IMG/VR virus record: IMGVR_UViG_3300049594_000171
Coordinates: 1 to 43,310 of that record
DNA: 43,310 nucleotides
Direction: 5' to 3' (one strand)
Source of the DNA: a virus
Lineage: Duplodnaviria; Caudoviricetes
The notes beneath the pieces were generated by a model, which did not search any database, was not told where the DNA came from, and was given only the letters and a program-made list of their open reading frames with translations. A program made the position numbers and the translations under genes. Positions 36,686 to 43,310 of the stretch are shown here, one piece after another (positions within the stretch are counted from its first letter, which is position 1; the number at the start of each line of letters is the position of its first letter).

Positions 36686-36958
36686 ATGCGTGATTTTGTA
36701 TTGACTAAAGATTTGTGGCCTGCCGTTAGGGATGTTTTCAAGTTACCGGAAGATTTATGTGTAAATAAGTTTACACTAGATATGAGTGGTAAAGATAACT
36801 TGCCTACGGTTAGTATTGAAGCCTACATAACTAAAGAACAGTCTGGTGATCTTGTCAGTGTTCTTCGGCATTATGCTTTGGTTGAAGTCTATAAACCAAA
36901 TCAAAAAGAACCAACATACGAAAACGCTTCATCTGAAGTAAACCTCTCTTTAAAATAA
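36686..36958 (+). CDS. hypothetical protein
   Basis: 90-aa ORF. Confidence 0.65.
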   Translation: MRDFVLTKDLWPAVRDVFKLPEDLCVNKFTLDMSGKDNLPTVSIEAYITKEQSGDLVSVLRHYALVEVYKPNQKEPTYENASSEVNLSLK

Positions 36959-36960
36959 AA

Positions 36961-37182
36961 ATGACTACTCTTATTCTCGCCGGCACTAAAGCTCAAGCAG
37001 CTTTATGTGCCATTAAGTATGATGTTGAAGATTATGTGTTTCCTCACAATATTGACTGTGTTCCTAACACCCTCGATGAAGTATGGGTAACAGGCACTTA
37101 CTATATGAACACATACAACCAAAGATTAATTAGTCAATTTCAGCAATCTGGAAAAGAGATTATCGTTAAAAGACTGGATTAA
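36961..37182 (+). CDS. hypothetical protein
   Basis: 73-aa ORF. Confidence 0.65.
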   Translation: MTTLILAGTKAQAALCAIKYDVEDYVFPHNIDCVPNTLDEVWVTGTYYMNTYNQRLISQFQQSGKEIIVKRLD

Positions 37183-37187
37183 AGGAA

Positions 37188-38540
37188 ATGTCCCAGATAC
37201 AATTACACCCTGGGCAATCAGAAGTATATACTGATTTATTTGTGGAAAATGCAATAAGATTCGCTGTTGTAGTGGCATCTCGTGGTTGGGGTAAATCTTA
37301 TTTCGCAGCAACATCAGCTGTGTCAGCTGTATGGGAGCTTATGAAGTTAAACCCGCGAATTCCTAACAAGAATGTGGTTATCATAGCTCCCACTTATTCA
37401 CAAGTAACAGATATTTACTATCCTCTGATTGCATACCAATTGGGTATGGAAAGATACGCTCTCAAATCATCAAGAAATCTAGGTAGATTTTGGTTTCCTA
37501 ATGATATTGAGCTGAAGTTATTAAGCTATGAAGCCATTGAGCGTCTTAGAGGTACAGGTGTTTATTTCTCTGTGTTAGATGAAGTATCTACCTGGGAAGG
37601 TGGTGTAGGTTTACAAGAAGCTTGGCAATCTATTATCGAGCCTTGTATTAGTACGCGATGGTCACCTAGACATGCTCAGATTTATAAATCGAAACCCGGT
37701 AGAGCTGTAACGATCTCTACTCCGAAGGGTTATACATTTCTTCACGATATGTTCAATTTTCATGAACATGATCCTATGTGGAAATCGTATCATTACGATT
37801 ATTCTACCTCTCCCTTCCTCGATCCTTCAGAAATAGAACGTGTTAAACACACAATAGACCCACTGAGATTTAATAGAGAATATAAAGCTCTATTTGAAGA
37901 ATCAGGTAATACTGTGTTCTATTGCTTTGACAGAAAGATACACGTAGATAAGAATATACCTGATTTTAGAAAGCCAACTGATAGTGACACCAGAGATGGT
38001 GAAGATGTACATGTGTTTATAGACTTCAACGTCAATATCCAAGCTAGCTCTATATGGGCACTAAGAGGTAATCAACTCTTTGCCATAGATGAACTTAAAG
38101 GTCATTCAGATACTGAACAATTAGCGATAGCCTTGAGTAATCGTTACAAGGGTCATCGCATATTTGCTTATCCAGATCCTGCCGGTAGAGCTAGAAAGAC
38201 TTCAGCTACAGTTGGTGTCACTGACTTTAGTATATTGGAGAAACATGGAATTACTACTCGCGCTCATTCTAAAGCTCCTCCTATTGTGGATAGCGTCAAT
38301 GCTGTTAATCGTATGTTAAAGACTGCTGCTGGTGATATCAATATGTACTTTCATCCGAGATGTCAGAATCTGATTGCCTCTATGGAAAGAACAGTATGGT
38401 TAGAGAGTAACCCTAATAGCGCTACTATTGATAAATCAGAAGGTGCTGAACACTACTCTGATGGCGTTAGATACGGTGTTGAGTATATGTTTCCTATTAC
38501 TGCAGGTACTAAGAAGACAGCTAGAGGATTTGGTTTTTAA
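37188..38540 (+). CDS. terL: terminase large subunit
   Basis: LHPGQ, SRGWGKS Walker A, VLDE Walker B, STPKG, IDFN and HYSDGVRY. Confidence 0.95.
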   Translation: MSQIQLHPGQSEVYTDLFVENAIRFAVVVASRGWGKSYFAATSAVSAVWELMKLNPRIPNKNVVIIAPTYSQVTDIYYPLIAYQLGMERYALKSSRNLGRFWFPNDIELKLLSYEAIERLRGTGVYFSVLDEVSTWEGGVGLQEAWQSIIEPCISTRWSPRHAQIYKSKPGRAVTISTPKGYTFLHDMFNFHEHDPMWKSYHYDYSTSPFLDPSEIERVKHTIDPLRFNREYKALFEESGNTVFYCFDRKIHVDKNIPDFRKPTDSDTRDGEDVHVFIDFNVNIQASSIWALRGNQLFAIDELKGHSDTEQLAIALSNRYKGHRIFAYPDPAGRARKTSATVGVTDFSILEKHGITTRAHSKAPPIVDSVNAVNRMLKTAAGDINMYFHPRCQNLIASMERTVWLESNPNSATIDKSEGAEHYSDGVRYGVEYMFPITAGTKKTARGFGF

Positions 38541-38543
38541 TAT

Positions 38544-38822
38544 TTGGTTTCTAATTTAGTGTTTTGTGTTTCAAGTTTTATGTTTCAAGTTTTGTGTTAC
38601 GGGACTTCTATGCAAGAAAAAGAATTTGATTTTACACATAGAGAAAACTTTGTTCAATTGCTTGCCAGACAAGGTATCAGTGTAGATGATTGTCCTGATC
38701 GTTTACAACTAATTGTGATCTGTAAAGCAATTGAGCGGTTAGAAGAAATGACGTTCTCACTGCAACATGATGTAAAGCAGTTAAAAGAAATGATGTTGGA
38801 GATGCGTTCTCCGACTTTCTAA
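38544..38822 (+). CDS. hypothetical protein
   Basis: ORF; true start probably at the internal MQEKE. Confidence 0.5.
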   Translation: MVSNLVFCVSSFMFQVLCYGTSMQEKEFDFTHRENFVQLLARQGISVDDCPDRLQLIVICKAIERLEEMTFSLQHDVKQLKEMMLEMRSPTF

Positions 38823-38852
38823 AAATGGCTTCCTAAAAAGGACTTAAATTAG

Positions 38853-39356
38853 ATGAAGAATCAACCTTCAAACTGGTTCATTGAACCTTTTAGTGGCTCT
38901 TATAGGGCCACAAACAGAGTAACAGGTCAGATTATTACAGGGGCGCTGTCCCTGATTAATTCCACTATTAGTGGCTTAGATATTCCTGAGACTCTCGTTA
39001 CGAATACTTTCGAACAAACAGCTGGTGGATTCGATCCGTCTATCGGTCGCACGCCGGTTGAGCTGTCAAATAACTACGATACCGCTGCTTTAGCTATCTC
39101 GACGAACCGTGTAGTCAAAGCTTCCCCTGGATATCTTCATAAGATTATCTTAGCGGCAGGTAAAGCTTATGACATGGAGATCCATGATAACGCTACTACT
39201 AATAGTGGATTAGTGTTTGATACTGGTGCAATCCCTGCAAGTAACGTTCCTATCGTTATTGAAATTAACGCGCTAATGACAGCAGGTATTACTATTCGTA
39301 ACACACACGCGTCGGTAGCTCACGTCGCAGGTGACGTTGTTATTCTGTACCGTTAA
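38853..39356 (+). CDS. putative virion structural protein
   Basis: VKASPGYLHKIIL...IHDNAT beta-rich domain. Confidence 0.6.
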   Translation: MKNQPSNWFIEPFSGSYRATNRVTGQIITGALSLINSTISGLDIPETLVTNTFEQTAGGFDPSIGRTPVELSNNYDTAALAISTNRVVKASPGYLHKIILAAGKAYDMEIHDNATTNSGLVFDTGAIPASNVPIVIEINALMTAGITIRNTHASVAHVAGDVVILYR

Positions 39357-39642
39357 GGATTCCGGTATGGCACAAGTTAAAATTAAAGATGTGAGTAAGA
39401 GATTTGTTACCGTGGATGTCACATGGGATGATGGTCTTGAGTTGAAGAACTACGTCATCTCTAATGTCCCCGTAGAATCAATGGCTGATGCTCAGAAGTA
39501 TCTATTTGAACACATCTCAGGTATTTACGCAGCAGAGAGAGCCAAGGCAGATGCGGAAATCTACGCTAATCCGGTTATCGATCCTCTGGTGCTACAGGCT
39601 GTTGGCTTGACGTTTGACAACAACGGTAATATTGTCTCTTAA
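39331..39642 (+). CDS. hypothetical protein
   Basis: Likely start MAQVK behind AAGGA. Confidence 0.65.
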   Translation: MTLLFCTVKDSGMAQVKIKDVSKRFVTVDVTWDDGLELKNYVISNVPVESMADAQKYLFEHISGIYAAERAKADAEIYANPVIDPLVLQAVGLTFDNNGNIVS

Positions 39643-39703
39643 CCATATTCTAACTTATATATATATTTTTAACACCATATTTTTTATTTGAAAGGACTCT
39701 TTC

Positions 39704-39913
39704 GTGAAAGAACTTGTCGGTCAAGTAGTTAGTCTCTGGAGAAATCCAAGACCTGGAGAAGAACATCTTAATCCTGACGGTGAAAGAGTCTTCTTCAATG
39801 ATAAATCTTTTGTGTCGATTCTCGATTATTCCGATGGCTTTATTAAAGTCGAGGATAATGGTTTTACGCGTTGGTTAAATGTGTCGCAGTTTCGCACTAT
39901 TGAGGTGGTTTAA
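39704..39913 (+). CDS. hypothetical protein
   Basis: GTG start with AAGGA RBS. Confidence 0.65.
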   Translation: MKELVGQVVSLWRNPRPGEEHLNPDGERVFFNDKSFVSILDYSDGFIKVEDNGFTRWLNVSQFRTIEVV

Positions 39914-39915
39914 TC

Positions 39916-42480
39916 ATGGCCCTCGATTATGGCTTAAAAGGCTCAATCGATATCGCGGACAGTCGTACCCGTGCGCTGACGCTACGGGCTGATGGTGAGC
40001 CTGTATTCAACCCTGCTGCTAATCGTTGGGCTGATGAACTGAAGGCAAGCGATGGCGCGTGGCGGTTCTTGCGCGGTGGTAGTGCGGCTGGCCGGGGTGT
40101 GGGCAACGTGTTTGACGCTGCGCTGGCGGATAACTTCACGGTGTTGTTGCTGGTGCGTGGTAAGAAGCCGAATTACACTGCTATTCTCAACAAGCTTTCT
40201 GCCGGGGCAAGTAAGGGTGTGGCAATTTATATGGCCCCCCAATCTGCAGGTGACGGTACTTATTTGCGCCTTGATCCTGTTGTCGGGTCAGGGACATACC
40301 GAGCAAACAGAAAGCAATCGAAAGACCTTAACTGGCACTGGTACGCAGTCTCTGTGTCAGGCGTCAATGCTTATTCATGGCTTGATGCCGGTGAAAGGAA
40401 ATCGGACACTAAACCAGCCGGCGACCTAGCAAACACTCACCCGGTTACTCTGGCTACTGGTGGCAACCAAGTCAACATCGCCGCCACCCTAATCTACTCT
40501 CGCGTCCTCACCGACGCCGAAGTCCAGTCCCTCATGTCCGGTCGCACGATGCCGAAAGAGGTATCAGGACTGATTGGGTATTACAAGTTCAACGAGGGCA
40601 GCGGTACGACCTGCACGGATCATTCTGGGCAGGGGAATCATCTGACTTATACCAGTCCGGTGTGGGAGACGTTTGATCCCGCATCCACGGCAAAGACCAA
40701 CTTCGCCAGCGGCCAGCCCTACACTCCCGCCGTCCTCAAGACTCAATCATGGTGGGATTGCCTGCCGCCGGCTATAGCTGACCCGGAGATGATGGGGTGC
40801 GCGCATATCGTGACCAGTGCGTTTAGCGTCTCCGGTAGTGCACTCATTGATGCTGCTGTTATGGGCAATTTCACTGTTTGCGGTTGGAGAAAAAGCAATA
40901 CCGGACGCGGAACACAGATGCTTTTCAGTGCGGGTAGCGCTAATGCGTACCCAGTCAGGTTAATGATTTCTGATGGGTTGGTTGGGCTGCGCTTTGGTAA
41001 TGGCTCTACTGAAACGGTCAATTTATTCTCCAGAGTTAATAAGTGGACTACTGAAAATCGATGGGTGTTTTGGGCTATTGCTGTCAGCGGAAGTAGCGCA
41101 ACACTGTATCTAAACGGCACACCGATTGAGACTATTTCCGTATCTGGTGTCCGCGCCGCAGGGATGCAATCATGGTTCTGGAACAACGGCGGGAGGCACA
41201 CCCTTCGTAGTTCGCGCCTATTCTCCCGCGCCCTCTCCGCATCCGAGGTCAACGAGCTATTTTTGACGGATAGGATCAGTAATCGCACGAAGGCTGAAGT
41301 GACGTATGGGCCTGAACTGGTGACGAATGGCGACTTCTCCAACGGGACGACGGGGTGGCAGCTTGTTGGCACTTCGATGGCAGTTGAGTCGGGCCGCTTG
41401 CGAGTCACTGGTGCGGCGAACACCGATCGCGCAGTCCAAAATGTGGCGCTTGTCGTTGGTAAGTCCTATAAACTGACTTATTCGATGTACGCCGGGACTG
41501 TCACGAACAACCCAAACATCGTCATGGACAACGGGCAGGGTAGTGGCGTTACGGGGCAGTTTGGGGAAAACCTGTCGGTTGTTTTCAATTGTACCGTTGC
41601 GAATAGTCAGGTGTGGCTGCGGGCCAATGCTGGTGAGGCCCTGTTCGACAACATCTCCGTCCGCGAAATCACCGGAGTAACCCCCGGCTTAGTAGGCGAA
41701 TGGCTATGCAACACCCCGCACAGCACGACGATCAGCGACACATCGGGTAACGGGCTGCACACGACTACGGGTAATCCTCGACTGCTGGATAGTCCGTATC
41801 AGGTGGCAAGGCGGAAGCGGTTTGGGAAGCAGTTGAAAGTGTCTGCTGGAGGTTACGCTAGAGTTCAGTCTGCTGATGTGAAAAATGCACTGAATAACAG
41901 TGCAGTGTTGACGGTATCGCAATGGGTTAAGCCTGTGCGTTTGCAAAATGCCGTGTCAATTATTAGTGGAATTCTTACGTCAGCGGCCAATACTGGAGTT
42001 GGGGTATCTAATGCATCAGGTGGCTTCATCTCTTTATATGCAAGAGAAAGTCAATCTGCTGGTGCTGTTTCGCTTGTTTCACCCAGAAGGTTCCAAGAGT
42101 TTATCGGTCAATGGATTCTCTTGTCCGGTGAAGTTGATTATGCAAACGACTTGGGAAAGATTTACCTGAATGGTCAGTTGATTGCACAGGGTGCGATGGC
42201 CTTCACTGATACAAAATACACAGATACGGGCAATCCGTATATTTACGCGGCTAGTAGTAACACCAGCGAAACCCACGCAATCGACTCCGCCCGCATCTAC
42301 AACCGCGCCCTAACCGCAGCCGAGCACTATCAGCTATTCCTCGATAACGCCCCGCGCAACGGACTCATAGCTGAGTACCTTTTTGACAATGACGTAAGCA
42401 ACTGTCAGGACACGTCGGGCAATGGGTTCCACGCCACTTGGAGCGGGATATCGGCGGCTAACTATGTGAGTGAACTATAA
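39916..42480 (+). CDS. LamG/concanavalin A-like multidomain virion protein with carbohydrate-binding insert
   Basis: Three W.....V...Y.(N/D)G...R(A/V)L(T/S)..E...GL......D.SG.G units; GPELVTNGDFS module. Confidence 0.85.
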   Translation: MALDYGLKGSIDIADSRTRALTLRADGEPVFNPAANRWADELKASDGAWRFLRGGSAAGRGVGNVFDAALADNFTVLLLVRGKKPNYTAILNKLSAGASKGVAIYMAPQSAGDGTYLRLDPVVGSGTYRANRKQSKDLNWHWYAVSVSGVNAYSWLDAGERKSDTKPAGDLANTHPVTLATGGNQVNIAATLIYSRVLTDAEVQSLMSGRTMPKEVSGLIGYYKFNEGSGTTCTDHSGQGNHLTYTSPVWETFDPASTAKTNFASGQPYTPAVLKTQSWWDCLPPAIADPEMMGCAHIVTSAFSVSGSALIDAAVMGNFTVCGWRKSNTGRGTQMLFSAGSANAYPVRLMISDGLVGLRFGNGSTETVNLFSRVNKWTTENRWVFWAIAVSGSSATLYLNGTPIETISVSGVRAAGMQSWFWNNGGRHTLRSSRLFSRALSASEVNELFLTDRISNRTKAEVTYGPELVTNGDFSNGTTGWQLVGTSMAVESGRLRVTGAANTDRAVQNVALVVGKSYKLTYSMYAGTVTNNPNIVMDNGQGSGVTGQFGENLSVVFNCTVANSQVWLRANAGEALFDNISVREITGVTPGLVGEWLCNTPHSTTISDTSGNGLHTTTGNPRLLDSPYQVARRKRFGKQLKVSAGGYARVQSADVKNALNNSAVLTVSQWVKPVRLQNAVSIISGILTSAANTGVGVSNASGGFISLYARESQSAGAVSLVSPRRFQEFIGQWILLSGEVDYANDLGKIYLNGQLIAQGAMAFTDTKYTDTGNPYIYAASSNTSETHAIDSARIYNRALTAAEHYQLFLDNAPRNGLIAEYLFDNDVSNCQDTSGNGFHATWSGISAANYVSEL

Positions 42481-42615
42481 TTAAACGGATTACACCACAT
42501 AGCTTATACCATATAGAATAAATCATACAGAATAATAATTGACACCTAGATAGTGTCTTCTCCAGCCTTTTCAGGCTCATTAGCCTTTAGGTAAACGCTT
42601 TATGAAAGACAAACT

Positions 42616-42993
42616 ATGAGCGTAGAGAGACGGGAAACAGAGGAGGGTAGTAAATGGACGGGTGAGGAAAGAAGATCAGGTATGCAACCAAAAATACCAC
42701 ATCATGTGACACTAGAGGATATCTGGATACTTCTTCAGACGCATATTCACGAAGAGAATCTTTATAACAAAAGACTCTCTAAAGCATTTCCTGTGAATAA
42801 GCATGGAGAACCAGACTTCGATGGACATGGTGATTACCACACCCGTCTCATTGATACAGCGGTAAGGATACAACAACGTAACGAAAGAATCTTCGAGAAG
42901 TTTCTCGCTGGTGGTATCTGGGCTACGCTTGTTGTAGTAGGTTCATTCGTCCTGAATGGTGCCTTAGATTGGCTTAAAATCAATCTAAAGTAA
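42616..42993 (+). CDS. membrane protein, possibly holin-related
   Basis: ERR motifs and a single C-terminal TM segment. Confidence 0.55.
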   Translation: MSVERRETEEGSKWTGEERRSGMQPKIPHHVTLEDIWILLQTHIHEENLYNKRLSKAFPVNKHGEPDFDGHGDYHTRLIDTAVRIQQRNERIFEKFLAGGIWATLVVVGSFVLNGALDWLKINLK

Positions 42994-43020
42994 CCTATCT
43001 GAAACAACAAAGGAACGAAT

Positions 43021-43310
43021 ATGTTATACAATGTTTGGAATGTATTTCGAAGGTGGGACTGGGGCGTAGCTGCTATTACTCTTGTGTTATTGTGTTTAGC
43101 TTTTGTGGCTTATCGTACATCAGCTGGTTATGAAGATCCAATAATTGATGACCAAGGCTATGCTATCGCCTACAGAAACAAAGAGAGTACTACCATAGAG
43201 TATGATAGAACATTCAGGGTGATGAGAGCTTTCGACGGTACAGTCTACCGTTCCATTGAATGTGATAGAAATCAAAGGTCATTTGATGTAGTTCCTGTGA
43301 TTCGTCAATT
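43021..43310 (+). CDS. partial ORF with N-terminal TM segment
   Basis: AAGGA RBS; open to the window edge. Confidence 0.55.
   Translation, partial: MLYNVWNVFRRWDWGVAAITLVLLCLAFVAYRTSAGYEDPIIDDQGYAIAYRNKESTTIEYDRTFRVMRAFDGTVYRSIECDRNQRSFDVVPVIRQ

Noticed and set aside
39916-42480. Diversity-generating retroelement target
   Set aside because: No reverse transcriptase and no template/variable repeat pair seen
39927-43031. Minus-strand ORFs over the LamG gene and neighbours
   Set aside because: Antisense shadows favoured by higher GC
1-43310. tRNA genes or stop-codon reassignment
   Set aside because: No cloverleaf recognised by eye; in-frame TAA stops in RNAP and RNR are intron starts and other genes read normally

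Overview
A 43 kb segment of a tailed dsDNA bacteriophage. Positions 1-35.4 kb carry early and replication genes on the minus strand: T7-like single-subunit RNA polymerase, SSB, family A DNA polymerase, 5'-3' exonuclease, primase-helicase, class II ribonucleotide reductase, ATP-dependent ligase, nucleotide-metabolism enzymes and many small ORFs. From 36.2 kb the plus strand carries terminase and structural genes. The main result is that the RNA polymerase gene is split by four group I introns into five exons. Two are micro-exons (19 and 26 nt) encoding catalytic motif B, and splicing restores a 752-aa enzyme. Two introns carry HNH endonucleases. The other two carry non-nuclease cargo ORFs, three of them in intron 3, one being a paralog of an ordinary gene downstream. 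The RNR gene has a fifth group I intron (LAGLIDADG) and an intein, and the helicase has an intein. A non-coding region upstream of the RNAP gene holds a triplicated, covarying pseudoknot-like module directly behind a recurrent promoter-like motif. All calls come from reading the sequence by eye; no database searches or folding programs were run.
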